64,000 nucleotides of DNA, taken from contig JBEKNP010000001.1 in the NCBI GenBank assembly GCA_049522695.1, forward strand, positions 4,261 to 68,260, in the 5' to 3' direction. Positions 19,249 through 29,295 of the stretch are shown one piece after another. The notes below the pieces were generated by a model that had not been told where the DNA came from, did not search any database, and saw only the letters and a program-made list of their open reading frames with translations. The position numbers were made by a program, and so were the translations under genes. Every line of letters starts with the position of its first letter. Positions within the stretch are counted from its first letter, which is position 1. This DNA is from Candidatus Bathyarchaeia archaeon. Lineage in GTDB: Archaea; Thermoproteota; Bathyarchaeia; Bathyarchaeales; Bathycorpusculaceae.

Positions 19249-21306
19249 TTATGTTGTTTTCTGTATTATCATACCTTTCGTGTAAGGAACAAACTCCCTA
19301 ATCTGCTCAATCGACGTTTTTCCAGTTTTCTCCCGTTGCTCTTTTGGCAGCTTGAGCATTAGAGATTTAAGAATTTGCTGCAAAAGCTCCTTGCCAGTCG
19401 ATTCACCAGGCGCAAGAACAACGTAAGTTTTAGTTTTCGCTTTCACGGCATCTATAGGTCCGCCGACAAAACAGGTTTCCTCATCTACAATTATGCCAAC
19501 GGCGACCTTTAGCGTTACGCTTCGTGTCCAGTTGCGTTTGCCAACAACTGCGAAGGCACCATGGGGAACGGATTCTCCTGAAGGGCCACTTTTGCTTAGC
19601 TGGTCGAGTTTAACCCAGTAAACGTCGGCTGAACCAGCGTTTTCACGCCAAGCACGCGAAAACGACGCCGCGAACTCGCCGGCTTCACGAAGCGTCTGCT
19701 CACTTATGGTTTTGCCTTCAGCCTTAACGACTACAAACGGGGCGCCTGAAATTTCAGCATGAAAAACCACATCCTCCTGTGCAGTATACTTTTTAACGAG
19801 CACTTCATTGCTCACACTGTCTTTGCCAGCAACCACCAAGAACGAGTCTGAGGAGGTGAACCAGCGGAATTTTTCATACCATTCTTTATTCTCCCTCTCC
19901 ATCTTGCGTTTGGAGAGCGCTTCCATAATTTCCGCTGGCTTGAGGCTCTTTAACTCTTCGGCGGCGCTTAGCTCCCTCTCAATTTTGGCTAACTTTTTCT
20001 TTGAATCCTCAAGCGCCGTTAATGCGCCAGCGGATTTTTGTTTCGCTTTTTTCCCGCGTTCATAATATTCATTAGCATTCTCAAAAAGTGAATGCCGCAT
20101 GTTAATGCTAAACTGCAAGTTATTCATGTAAAGGTTAAGTGCAAGGTTGCGTCCATCAAAAGATTCAATGTAAACTTCGGGTACTTTGCCGGTTTTTTTA
20201 GCCGCTAATGCGTCATTGATTACTATGTTCCAGTCTTTACCCGCCATGTTTGCGTTCAGAAGCTTGTCTTGGAATGCTTGAAGCTCGTTGAAGTGAGCGT
20301 AAATTGTATCGCCAATTAGTTTGTCCCGTTCCGCTTTGGCTTCATCTTCATGTATGGATTTTTCTTGGTCAGCAACCACCCGTTTTAGCCGTTCTGCTTC
20401 CTGCTTTAACTTATCAACTTCAACGCTGGCAAGCGCGCTTTCAGCCGTGGTTACCCGAAGGTAAAATTCATCTAACGCTTGATTAAAACTACTATAAACT
20501 TGAGTTTTGAAACCTTCATAGCGCTTAAGCTTGAAAGGAACAACATCTAAAAAGCCTCCATCCTCGTCGAGAATTATGCATGGTTCAAAATTGCCCGCTG
20601 AAACCTTTGAAAGAAAACTTTGAAGAACATCAAAAACCGCCTTAATTTCCATGTCTGTTAAGTTTTTGCATGGCTTAGCTTTGTCGACGCCAGCTCTAAG
20701 CAATACTTCTTCGGCGTAAACTCCACCGATGCCTAACAAACGGGCTGTTGTCCTGACAACCTCAGCTTCACCCGCATTTTTGAGGGCTTCCTCCAGTTCG
20801 GGTAGGGAAACTTTGAAGGGGTTCTTGCCGCTTGGAGGAGGAAACACCAAGACTTCGTTGCGCAAGATGTTGCGGTCACGCATGCGTTTAAAGAATAGAG
20901 CCTGCCAAATCATGTTTTTCTCGTTTGTTAAGATGACGTTGCCTTCGCCGAAAAGCTCCACAACAAGCTTAAGCAATCCTTCTTTAGTCTTAAAACTCAC
21001 CGTTACAATTCTTTCAAACTCGTACTGGTCAATGCTCACTACCCATGCTCCACGCAAATACTTTCTTAGTGACATGCAAAATGCTGGCGGAGCAGCTGGG
21101 CTTTCCTGTGCGTAAACGGTTGAGTGCAATCTTCGTCCTGCCTCAATGACCAATCGTATTGGTGGCAGGTTAATTTTGTGAAGCTTAAAAATCAATGTTT
21201 TCTCGCCAAGCTGATAAATGTTGTTAACTCTTGACTCAGCGATTAATCCCTTTAGTTCACTGATTGCCGCGGCAATATCAAAGCTTGTGAATTCCTTTTT
21301 GCGCAA
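19249..21306 (-). CDS. rqcH: Ribosome quality-control protein Rqc2/NFACT
   Basis: FTSFDIAAAISEL, FCMSLRKYL, ELFGEGN, WYEKFRWF, FHAEISGAP. Confidence 0.9.
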   Translation of the reverse strand: MRKKEFTSFDIAAAISELKGLIAESRVNNIYQLGEKTLIFKLHKINLPPIRLVIEAGRRLHSTVYAQESPAAPPAFCMSLRKYLRGAWVVSIDQYEFERIVTVSFKTKEGLLKLVVELFGEGNVILTNEKNMIWQALFFKRMRDRNILRNEVLVFPPPSGKNPFKVSLPELEEALKNAGEAEVVRTTARLLGIGGVYAEEVLLRAGVDKAKPCKNLTDMEIKAVFDVLQSFLSKVSAGNFEPCIILDEDGGFLDVVPFKLKRYEGFKTQVYSSFNQALDEFYLRVTTAESALASVEVDKLKQEAERLKRVVADQEKSIHEDEAKAERDKLIGDTIYAHFNELQAFQDKLLNANMAGKDWNIVINDALAAKKTGKVPEVYIESFDGRNLALNLYMNNLQFSINMRHSLFENANEYYERGKKAKQKSAGALTALEDSKKKLAKIERELSAAEELKSLKPAEIMEALSKRKMERENKEWYEKFRWFTSSDSFLVVAGKDSVSNEVLVKKYTAQEDVVFHAEISGAPFVVVKAEGKTISEQTLREAGEFAASFSRAWRENAGSADVYWVKLDQLSKSGPSGESVPHGAFAVVGKRNWTRSVTLKVAVGIIVDEETCFVGGPIDAVKAKTKTYVVLAPGESTGKELLQQILKSLMLKLPKEQREKTGKTSIEQIREFVPYTKGMIIQKTT

Positions 21307-21456
21307 TACTTACACCATCATACGTCTCCTTGTTATATTGAAACTTGATTAAAATAACCTTTTCAGTAAAAATTCGCAACTGCCTAATAAAGAGGATTTG
21401 GAAGGCAGAAATGTCTAATATCTAGGCATGTTTTTTAAGTAAGAATAAAATATACT

Positions 21457-21768
21457 GTGCCAAGGATTAGATATGCCATGACACCTATAGTACAACTTTA
21501 CTGGATAAGAGTCGCGTTAGGCATAACTGCGGGAGCATCAAGTGCAGTAGTCGCTATTCTGATAGGTAACACGGGTATCGACACTCTTCTTAACAGTTTC
21601 ACAATAGCCCTAATAATTTACTTATTATCCTATTACGTTTTGAAAGCAGTGTACAAAAACAAGATAGAGAAACAATCAAAAATATTAAGCACAGCCGTAG
21701 CCATGTACTTTTTCGCTTGGTTACCCTTCTTTATCTTATTTTACACTATGATAAAAATTTACGTGTAA
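21457..21768 (+). CDS. Three-TM membrane protein resembling EMC6/Rab5ip
   Basis: LYWIRVALGITAG (TM1), IALIIYLLSYY (TM2), YFFAWLPFFILFYT (TM3). Confidence 0.55.
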   Translation: MPRIRYAMTPIVQLYWIRVALGITAGASSAVVAILIGNTGIDTLLNSFTIALIIYLLSYYVLKAVYKNKIEKQSKILSTAVAMYFFAWLPFFILFYTMIKIYV

Positions 21769-21782
21769 TCTTAAAATAAAAT

Positions 21783-22244
21783 TTATTCATCTTCACTTTT
21801 CTGGAAGAAATTGGCAATCGTAGCTTGACTCTTGTCGCTTTTTAGGGTTTCTATTTTTTCTTCTTCAGTTGCTTTATCATTCACATTTTGTTGGCTTGGA
21901 ATATTCATCCGTGTTAAAATGCGCATGCAGTCTGACCAAGCTGAGAAGTATCCGCGGTCAAAATCTCCATGCAGGCCGTTGCGCATGTGGTCAAGAAACT
22001 CTTTTCTGTAACCATGCAAAGCTACTGAATCGCTCAAGTCAAGTTTTGAAAAGAACGCGTAGTCGTCAGTAGCACCATTTTTCCGTGAAAGATACATTCC
22101 ATATAATGCTCGGAAGTATCCTCTGTTCCATTCTGTTTTCTGCATTTTTTGCTTGATTCGTTCCAACTCCCGTTCAGCTTCAGTGAATTGCCTGCTGACT
22201 ATGAGTTGGAAGTACCGTGTGACTAGAGCTTGTAGTATTGGCAT
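21783..22244 (-). CDS. Hypothetical helical protein with internal RGYFxA repeat
   Basis: Starts 4 nt after the radA stop; EWNRGYFRAL and DFDRGYFSAW. Confidence 0.7.
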   Translation of the reverse strand: MPILQALVTRYFQLIVSRQFTEAERELERIKQKMQKTEWNRGYFRALYGMYLSRKNGATDDYAFFSKLDLSDSVALHGYRKEFLDHMRNGLHGDFDRGYFSAWSDCMRILTRMNIPSQQNVNDKATEEEKIETLKSDKSQATIANFFQKSEDE

Positions 22245-22247
22245 GTT

Positions 22248-23303
22248 TTAGCGTCCGCGACTTTTGCTTGCTTTCTCTGCTTTCTCTTCTTCAGAGATAT
22301 CTTCTATTCCGTTTTCGGTTACTTTAAGTATTTCCTCGCCTTCAGGCAAATACGGGCTTGAAACTAGCCTTGCAATTCGCGTGGGTCCATGAGGTGCTCT
22401 TCGTAAGTAGATGCGTGTGTGGCTTGTGTGGCCGACGATGTTTCCGCCGATTGGGTGGATTGCATCGCCGAAGAATTGGTCTGGTTTAGCCATTACTTGG
22501 TTGGTAACAACTGCTGCCGCGTTGAATGCTCTGGCTAAAGCGATTAGTTTGTGCATGTGCTTGTTTAGTTTTTGTTGTCTTGAAGCTAACATTTCTCTTC
22601 CGAGATATTCACTTCTGAAATGTGCTGTTAATGAGTCGACTATGATTAGTTTGATGTTGTTCGCCTTGATTATTTCATCAGCGTTTTCGAGAAGGAACAT
22701 TTGGTGGTCTGAAGTATATGCTTCAGCGTAAATGATTTTTTTTGCCACTTTTTCAGGGTCTAAGCCTAAGAATTTGGCCATTTGCACTATACGTTCAAGC
22801 CTGAAAGTGTTCTCTGTATCCACGTACAATGCGGCGCCGTTGAGTCCACCTCGCTCTGGAGGCAACTGAACGTTTACACAAAGCTGATGGCATATTTGGC
22901 TTTTTCCACTGCCGTATTCGCCGTAAAATTCTGTTATAGTTTGGGTTTCTAAGCCGCCATCTACTAATTTGTCTAAGGCTTTGCTGCCTGTGCTTAATCG
23001 TAAGACGCTTTGGCGCATTTTGAAAAGTTCATCTGCTCGGACGAAGGCAATTCCGATGGATGAGCGTGCTGCTTGTATTATTTGGAAAGCCTTTTTTTCG
23101 CTTACTCCAACTGGGTCTAGCTCTCGTGCTGTAGCCATGGCTAACGATTCCACAGTGTGGTAGCCGAGTTCTCGGAGTTTTTGGGCTGTGGCTGGACCAA
23201 CTCCTGGAAGGTCTTCTATGAACTCGTATTTTCTCTGGTCTGGTTCTTCTGTTTCTGTTTCGTTTTGGTTTTCAACGTCTTCGGCTTCAGTCATTATGTT
23301 CAC
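22248..23303 (-). CDS. radA: DNA repair and recombination protein RadA
   Basis: HhH DLPGVG, GEYGSGKSQ Walker A, IIVDSLTAHFRSEY, GGNIVGHTS. Confidence 0.97.
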   Translation of the reverse strand: MNIMTEAEDVENQNETETEEPDQRKYEFIEDLPGVGPATAQKLRELGYHTVESLAMATARELDPVGVSEKKAFQIIQAARSSIGIAFVRADELFKMRQSVLRLSTGSKALDKLVDGGLETQTITEFYGEYGSGKSQICHQLCVNVQLPPERGGLNGAALYVDTENTFRLERIVQMAKFLGLDPEKVAKKIIYAEAYTSDHQMFLLENADEIIKANNIKLIIVDSLTAHFRSEYLGREMLASRQQKLNKHMHKLIALARAFNAAAVVTNQVMAKPDQFFGDAIHPIGGNIVGHTSHTRIYLRRAPHGPTRIARLVSSPYLPEGEEILKVTENGIEDISEEEKAEKASKSRGR

Positions 23304-23388
23304 ACTTTGAACATGATGTAACGCATGGCTATTTAAAATAACCTAAAAAAAGGATTATTTGCCTAGTGGAGAGGTAAGTGAAAGTGAC

Positions 23389-24732
23389 TTATTGACCTAA
23401 TCCTATGGCGATAAATTTCATTTTTTTATTGAAAGTTTCTGGATCATAGATTCTTCTTCCATCAATCAGTATAGGTTTCTTCATGTTAGCTGTGAAATCT
23501 GCAGGGGTGAGCCTCTTAAATTCAGGCCATTCTGTTACAATTATGCAACAGTCCACGTTTTTGATGCAGTCAAGTGCCGAAGTGGCGTACTGGATTTTGT
23601 TGTTAAAAATGGTTTTTGCGGTGGATATGGCGACTGGGTCGTAGGCGATTATGTTGGCGCCTTCTTTAAGTAGCTGTTTTATTATGGGGATGACTCGGGC
23701 TTCTCTCATATCGTCCGTGTCAGGTTTGAAAGCCAAGCCTAAGATAGCTATTTTTTTGCCTTCCAGGTCGCCGAGTTGTTGTTTGCAGAACTGGACGGCT
23801 TTGAGGGGTTGAGTATGGTTTACGTTTTCGACGGATTCTAAGAGTTCAGGAGTGTAATCTAAGGCTTTTGAGGAGGCAATAAGGGCTTTTACGTCTTTGG
23901 GGAAGCATGAGCCGCCGTAACCTAACCCTGCGTCTAGGAATAGGGACCCTATGCGTTTGTCTAGTCCCATGGCTGTTGCCACATCTTTCACGTCTGCACC
24001 GGGTATTTTCTCGCATATGTTCGCGATAGTGTTTATGAAGCTGATTTTTGTAGCTAACATGGCGTTGCTAGAGTATTTTATGAGTTCAGCTGTGGAAACT
24101 GTGGTTCTAATTATTGGAGGTACATGAGCGCTGTAGAAGTCTTTGTATAACTCTTCCAAGGCATCGCCTGATTGTTTATCGTACGAGCCGATAACTACAC
24201 GGTCGGCGTTTAATGTGTCTTGGAATGCTGAGCCCTGACGAAGAAATTCTGGGTTCATGCATAAACCGAAACCTATACCGCATCTTTTTTTTGATTCTTT
24301 TTCGAGGATGGGTTTGACGGTGCTCTGGGTTGTTCCCGGTACGACGGTGCTTTTAATTATGGTAACATGGTAGTGGTTCTTTTGTCTTAGCGCTTTGCCT
24401 ATGTCATGCGCGGCCGATTTTATGTATTTGAGGTCTATGCTACCGTTCGGTTTGCTTGGAGTACCAACTGTTACAAAAGTCAAGTCTGATTCATACACGG
24501 CTTTTTCTGTTTGGTTAACTAGGCATTTCAAATTGCCTCTTTGAACGCTGGCCTTTAGTTTTTCCTGGAGACCAGGTTCATGGAACGGGGGGACGCCTTG
24601 GTTTATTTTTTTGGCTTTCTCGCTGTCTACTTCTGAAGCTACGACGCTATAGCCTTTACTTGAGAATCCAACTGCCGTGCATAATCCTACGTACCCAACG
24701 CCTATAACTGAGATTTTTGGTTGTTTTTTCAA
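23389..24732 (-). CDS. ugd: UDP-glucose/GDP-mannose dehydrogenase
   Basis: GVGYVG, VGTPS, KSTVVPGT, NPEFLRQG, GYGGSCFPKD, GLAFKPDTDDMRE. Confidence 0.95.
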   Translation of the reverse strand: MKKQPKISVIGVGYVGLCTAVGFSSKGYSVVASEVDSEKAKKINQGVPPFHEPGLQEKLKASVQRGNLKCLVNQTEKAVYESDLTFVTVGTPSKPNGSIDLKYIKSAAHDIGKALRQKNHYHVTIIKSTVVPGTTQSTVKPILEKESKKRCGIGFGLCMNPEFLRQGSAFQDTLNADRVVIGSYDKQSGDALEELYKDFYSAHVPPIIRTTVSTAELIKYSSNAMLATKISFINTIANICEKIPGADVKDVATAMGLDKRIGSLFLDAGLGYGGSCFPKDVKALIASSKALDYTPELLESVENVNHTQPLKAVQFCKQQLGDLEGKKIAILGLAFKPDTDDMREARVIPIIKQLLKEGANIIAYDPVAISTAKTIFNNKIQYATSALDCIKNVDCCIIVTEWPEFKRLTPADFTANMKKPILIDGRRIYDPETFNKKMKFIAIGLGQ

Positions 24733-24821
24733 GTGATAAGCCTCAACTGTTAAATGTTAATTTTGATTAATCTGTCATATTAAATATATATGGGTTAAGT
24801 GAAGAAGAAGGTAAGGAACGC

Positions 24822-25694
24822 TTGATGATTCGCAAAGTTATTATCCCAGCTGCAGGTTTAGGAACACGGCTGTTTCCGGCTACTAAAGAGCAGCCTAAAG
24901 AGATGCTTCCAATTTTCAGCAAGACCGCACAGGGTGAAATGGTAGTAAAGCCAGTCGTGCAACTAGTTTTCGAGCAATTATATGATGCTGGGCTTCGTGA
25001 ATTCTGTTATATTGTGGGCAGAGGTAAACGGGGAATAGAAGACCATTTCACTCCTGATGCGCATTGCATTAGAACGCTTGAAGGCATGGGCAAAAACGGG
25101 CAAGCGTCTGATCTTGAGGTTTTTTATGAGAAACTTGAGACTTCGACTACCATGTGGGTTAATCAGCCTGAACCGAAAGGGTTTGGAAACGCGGTTTTAT
25201 TGGCTCAACCCTTCGTGCAGAACGAAAGTTGCTTGGTGCATGCGGGAGATAGCTGCATAATATCGAAAGATATGGATTACATAAAGAAGCTGCTTGAAGC
25301 CTTTGAGCGGTTTAATTCGGATGCTACATTTCTTGTGATGGAAATTGAGAATCCCAAGCAGTACGGAATCGTTGAAGGAAACGAGGTAGAAGGGGGAATA
25401 ATAAAAGTAAAGTCGGTAGTTGAGAAACCCGAAAAGCCCAAGACCAACTGGGCAATTATGGCAATGTATGTTTTTCGCCCCATTATTTTTAAAGCCTTAG
25501 AGACGACAGAGCCTGGAAAGAACGGGGAAATCCAGCTTACCGATTCAATACAGAAGCTTATTGATTGGGGCTTGAAAGTGCACGCTGTAAAGCTGGACAA
25601 GAGCTATGAACACTTGGATATCGGCAGTCCTGAAAGATATTGGCAAGCCCTAGAATTGTCGTATCAACAGTTTTGTAAGAGACCAAACATATGA
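24822..25694 (+). CDS. galU: UTP-glucose-1-phosphate uridylyltransferase
   Basis: PAAGLGTRLFPATKEQPKEMLP, QPEPKGFGNAV, GEIQLTD. Confidence 0.88.
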   Translation: MMIRKVIIPAAGLGTRLFPATKEQPKEMLPIFSKTAQGEMVVKPVVQLVFEQLYDAGLREFCYIVGRGKRGIEDHFTPDAHCIRTLEGMGKNGQASDLEVFYEKLETSTTMWVNQPEPKGFGNAVLLAQPFVQNESCLVHAGDSCIISKDMDYIKKLLEAFERFNSDATFLVMEIENPKQYGIVEGNEVEGGIIKVKSVVEKPEKPKTNWAIMAMYVFRPIIFKALETTEPGKNGEIQLTDSIQKLIDWGLKVHAVKLDKSYEHLDIGSPERYWQALELSYQQFCKRPNI

Positions 25695-26692
25695 AAGACA
25701 AAATAATCAGCGAAGATCTTGAAAAGATAAAGAGCGCCGCTGACAAAGACGCCTTTACAGAAAAGAAAGTGCTCGTTTCCGGTGGGGCAGGGTTTATTGG
25801 CAGTTGGCTTTGCGATGTGCTGGTAGCTTTTGGCGCTGATGTGACAGCTGTGGATGACCTGTCCACTGGAAGGATCAAAAACATTGACCATTTAACCAAA
25901 AACCCGCTTTTCAAGTTTGTAAAGTCTGATGTTTGCGCGTTCGAGAGCAAGCAAAAGTTTGATTTTATTTTTCACATGGCGGGACATGCGTCGCCTGATG
26001 AATATCAAGCGCATCCAATTGAGACCTTACAAACTAGCGCTTTAGGTAGTTTTAGTATGTCGGAGTTAGCTAGGAAAAATGATGCTACATTGTTGTTTGC
26101 TTCAACTTCGGAGGTTTATGGTGACACAGAGGTTATTCCTACACCTGAGAGTTATTGGGGAAAAGTTAACCCCATTGGGCCTAGATCATGTTACGACGAA
26201 GGAAAGCGGTTTGCCGAAGCTTTGCTAATGGCTTATGAAAAGCAATATGGGTTGGATGTCAGAGTGCCAAGAATCTTCAATTCTTATGGTCCGCGCTTGC
26301 GAGAGGATGGCTTGTATGGCAGGGCTATTTCACGTTTTATCTTGCAAGCTTTGACTAATCAGCCCATAACAGTTTATGGGAATGGAAAACAAACCCGCTC
26401 CTTCTGCTATATAACCGATACAGTAACATGTTTATTGTTGCTGATAGTTGCTTCCAATGTCAAGGGCGAAGTCGTGAATGTTGGCAATGCTCAGGAAGTG
26501 ACTGTTTTGGAGCTTGCACAAAAGATTAAAGACATAACTAAATGCACATCACCTATTACGTTCCATCCGCTGCCGAAGGATGACCCGAAAAGACGCTGCC
26601 CAGACACAACCAAACTGGAGAGGCTCATCGGGTGGAAACCGAATGTATGCTTTGAGGAAGGGCTAAAAAGAACTGTATCGTGGTTTTTATAA
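25691..26692 (+). CDS. uxs: UDP-glucuronate decarboxylase (UDP-xylose synthase)
   Basis: GGAGFIGS, STSEVYG, VNPIGPRSCYDEGKR, RIFNSYGPR, LPKDDPKRRCPD. Confidence 0.92.
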   Translation: MKDKIISEDLEKIKSAADKDAFTEKKVLVSGGAGFIGSWLCDVLVAFGADVTAVDDLSTGRIKNIDHLTKNPLFKFVKSDVCAFESKQKFDFIFHMAGHASPDEYQAHPIETLQTSALGSFSMSELARKNDATLLFASTSEVYGDTEVIPTPESYWGKVNPIGPRSCYDEGKRFAEALLMAYEKQYGLDVRVPRIFNSYGPRLREDGLYGRAISRFILQALTNQPITVYGNGKQTRSFCYITDTVTCLLLLIVASNVKGEVVNVGNAQEVTVLELAQKIKDITKCTSPITFHPLPKDDPKRRCPDTTKLERLIGWKPNVCFEEGLKRTVSWFL

Positions 26693-27013
26693 AAGAAGTA
26701 AAGTCAGATACCCAAACCGTAATTATGATTGTAGCAGGGTCTTTATCCGATTCCATAACTGTGTAATCATTTTCGTCCATTTGAGAAAAATTGTATATTT
26801 TTGCTGGAAGCTTGATCAAATAATTATCTTGGTGAACGGCCACTGATACATGTATTTTAGTAAGAGCATTTTCTTCTAAACTTTCCAAGGGCTTGACGAT
26901 AAAACGAAATTGTTAGCATCGACGTTGAAAAGAATCAAAGTTCTCGGCAACTTTACGCTGCCAGCGACTTTCTTATCAACGTCTATCAGTCGTTGCTTAA
27001 CAATTTCGGGCAT
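26625..27013 (-). pseudogene. Possibly frameshifted hypothetical gene
   Basis: MPEIVKQRLIDV... from ATG 27013 joins the ESLEENAL... frame if 1 nt is added near 26890; 3' end uncertain. Confidence 0.3.
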
Positions 27014-27079
27014 GTTGTGCTCCTAACAATGGTTTCGCATGGGCTGTTTTCCAAGTCCACTCAGAGTAGTTTCATCCAC

Positions 27080-27303
27080 TCAGAGCAGTTCCAAAAACTC
27101 TTCCCTTGTAATACCTGCTTGCCTGAGTATTGATTTCAGGGTTCTCTTGCTACTTCTGAATGACCAGGAACGATAACAATAAGAACTTTGTTTGTTTCCT
27201 TCTTCTTCAATTTCACGTGGCTTCCTTTTCTTCCCTCAACAGTAAAGCCTGCTTTGGTTAAGGCTTTAATTACCTTTCGACCTGAGATTACGGGTAGGGC
27301 CAC
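27080..27303 (-). pseudogene. hicA: HicA toxin, frameshifted
   Basis: MALPVISGRKVIKAL...GSH...VPGH then aga-gaa-ccc-TGA; restoring one G gives RGTLKSILRQAGITREEFLELL. Confidence 0.85.
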
Positions 27304-27562
27304 GTACGTCCACCTTAACTATAGTTACGATGGGAACTTCAGCTTCAGAAGGCTTTTCTATATTCTCATCTTCCAAATACAATTCAAGCGCCTCCTTTAG
27401 ATTTGCTAAAGCTTCTTCAATACTTTTACCCTGGCTTGCCACATCAAACTCAGGATACAAGGCTACATAAAGCCGACCATCTCTCCGAACAACCGCTGAA
27501 AGCTCCAAGCTATCGCTGATTTGCATAAATCTTTTCACATTCAACATGATACATACCTTCAA
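27266..27562 (-). CDS. hicB: Short HicB-type antitoxin (start uncertain)
   Basis: YVALYPEFDVASQGKSIEEALANLKEALELYLE motif; overlaps the hicA start. Confidence 0.85.
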   Translation of the reverse strand: MKVCIMLNVKRFMQISDSLELSAVVRRDGRLYVALYPEFDVASQGKSIEEALANLKEALELYLEDENIEKPSEAEVPIVTIVKVDVRGPTRNLRSKGN

Positions 27563-27630
27563 AATAAACTTTCACTAAAACATTAGCAGATGCACGATGA
27601 TTTTTGTTTTTTGTTTGGCTAAAAAAATTG

Positions 27631-27681
27631 TTTGTTTTTTGGGTTGCTTATTTGAAGCAAAGCTTAAATCATTTGCAGGTT
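27631..27681 (+). repeat. 51-bp conserved block, copy A (inverted homolog at 56301-56351)
   Basis: TTTGTTTTTTGGGTTGCTT-N22-TTTGCAGGTT; same spacing as the reverse complement of 56301-56351. Confidence 0.75.
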
Positions 27682-27760
27682 GCGTATTAAAAAGATCTAA
27701 AACGTATTAAAACGTCCTAGAAAGTTCCTGTTCGTCCGAAAAAGGTTTGGAAAGGTTGAG
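27681..27760 (+). repeat. Degenerate 10-bp-period array A
   Basis: tgcgtattaa/aaagatctaa/aacgtattaa/aacgtcctag/aaagttcctg/ttcgtccgaa/aaaggtttgg/aaaggttgag. Confidence 0.5.
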
Positions 27761-27767
27761 GTTTAGG

Positions 27768-27932
27768 TTGCCGTTAATATGTAGAGTTACTTTTGATACG
27801 ATGTTGCAGAAGCAAAATCGCCTACAGGTTCCCAAGCTGGTGCGGCGGCAATATAAAGTGGAGGCGTCTGAGGTCTTAAGAGCCACCGTATATGTCGTTG
27901 GTTTGTTTGGTAATAGGGAGCGTTTTTTGGCT
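27768..27932 (+). pseudogene. Truncated AbrB/MazE-like (swapped-hairpin) gene, copy A
   Basis: MPLICRVTFDTMLQKQNRLQVPKLVRRQYKVEASEVLRATV...ERFLA, then runs into unrelated sequence; xQVPK.VR pattern typical of AbrB folds. Confidence 0.55.
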
Positions 27933-28035
27933 AGTGCGTTCTCAGTATATTTCTCTTATTTGGTTAGGTTCCTATTATCGCAAAGCTTATCAAATTCGAA
28001 CTACCTGAACGCCAGTTGCCATAGGAGAATAAACG

Positions 28036-28485
28036 GTGATTTCCAAGGTTAAAAAGAATGGTTTCATTCCTTCCGTTCTCTATAACAAAATATTGAGGTT
28101 GATGCCCATTGTATCGGTTGAAGCTGTAATAGTAATGGGCAATGCACTCTTGTTTCTAAAGAGGAAAAATCAGCCAGCTAAGGGGCAATGGTGGTTCCCT
28201 GGAGGCAGAATACATAAAGGCGAATCTTTTGAGGAAACGCTGTACCGCGAAGTCAAAGAAGAAACGAACCTAGAGATAAGCTCCTGCAAATTCATCAATG
28301 TCTACTCGAGAGTGTTCTCAGAGCGGCATGATATAACCATAGCCTACATATGCAAATGTAAAGAGGGCACCATAAAATTAGACAGCGAACACTCAGAGTA
28401 CAAACTGTTTAGAACCATGCCGACTGACTTGCACCCATACCTGCTAGAAACCATACGAGACTCAAAATGGAAAAAAGAATTGTAG
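28036..28485 (+). CDS. NUDIX hydrolase, GDP-mannose mannosyl hydrolase-like (copy 1)
   Basis: NQPAKGQWWFPGGRIHKGESFEETLYREVKEET Nudix box. Confidence 0.88.
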   Translation: MISKVKKNGFIPSVLYNKILRLMPIVSVEAVIVMGNALLFLKRKNQPAKGQWWFPGGRIHKGESFEETLYREVKEETNLEISSCKFINVYSRVFSERHDITIAYICKCKEGTIKLDSEHSEYKLFRTMPTDLHPYLLETIRDSKWKKEL

Positions 28486-28511
28486 TACCATTCAGCACCG
28501 TTCTGATGGTT

Positions 28512-28654
28512 CTATTTGCCTAAGCCTATGGCAGTAAATTTGAGTTTTTGGCTGAAGACTTCTGGATTGTAGATTCGTTCGCCGTCGAAGAGTGCGGGTT
28601 GCTTCATGTTTATGATGAACTCTTCGGACGTGATGCTTTGAATTCGCCCCATTC
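28512..28654 (-). pseudogene. 3'-end remnant of a second ugd gene
   Basis: EWGEFKASRP/EFIINMKQPALFDGERIYNPEVFSQKLKFTAIGLGK* (one frameshift) versus the intact ugd end EWPEFKRLTPADFTANMKKPILIDGRRIYDPETFNKKMKFIAIGLGQ*. Confidence 0.85.
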
Positions 28655-28698
28655 GACATCTTAAAATATAAAGTTACCAAGTGATATATGGTGATTTC

Positions 28699-28908
28699 AT
28701 GCCTGAAGGTGTTCTCTTGACTGATAACGACAGGGTTCTACTTGTGAAGGTGAGCAGCCTGCTTGAGGAAATAGTTGAGACTTTCAGCATATTGGAAGAT
28801 AGAAAAGCTATGTCATGTTTAAAGCAAGCAGAAAAAGATGTCAAAGCTGGAAGAGTTAGAGACTATGATGAATTTCTAAGGGAGCTGAAAAAAGCTGGAG
28901 AAATATAA
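28699..28908 (+). CDS. RelB-like antitoxin
   Basis: ETFSILED...LKQAEKDVKAGRVRDYDEFL pattern; overlaps the relE remnant. Confidence 0.75.
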   Translation: MPEGVLLTDNDRVLLVKVSSLLEEIVETFSILEDRKAMSCLKQAEKDVKAGRVRDYDEFLRELKKAGEI

Positions 28909-29149
28909 ACTTAGTTACAAGGACTTTTGAAAAAAATTTTCGAGCTCTTGACATCCAAACAAAAAGGAGAATAGATTCAACAATAAAAATGCTTGAAATT
29001 GACCCTTATGTTGGCAAGCCTCTGCGTGAAAATCTTGCGGGTAAGTGGTCACTTAGAGTCAGCGACTACAGAATCATCTACGAGATAAATGAAAATGAGA
29101 AAATAATAATGCTCTATGATACTGAGAATGGAAGAAAGTCTACAAATAA
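28895..29149 (+). pseudogene. RelE/ParE-family toxin with two frameshifts
   Basis: VTRTFEKNFRALD...DPYVGKPLRENLAGKWSLRVSDYRIIYEI; N-terminal KYKL and C-terminal KKVYK lie in other frames; no in-frame start. Confidence 0.82.
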
Positions 29150-29159
29150 AAGTAATAGA

Positions 29160-29295
29160 TAGGCTACAACAAGGTTAATGTTGTTGGTGGCAAGCTCGCA
29201 GGCTAAGGCGAAAAATTGTAAACGTTGGCAACGCTCAAGAAGTCACATACATGAGCTGGCAAAGAAAGTCAAAGAAATTACAAGATGCCAATCAC
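29160..29295 (+). pseudogene. Internal remnant of a second uxs gene
   Basis: LLVASSQAK/IVNVGNAQEVT/HELAKKVKEITRCQS (frameshifted) versus intact uxs LLIVASNVKGEVVNVGNAQEVTVLELAQKIKDITKCTS. Confidence 0.8.

Noticed and set aside
22248-23303. Intein in RadA
   Set aside because: The length (351 aa) and continuous motifs leave no room for an insertion
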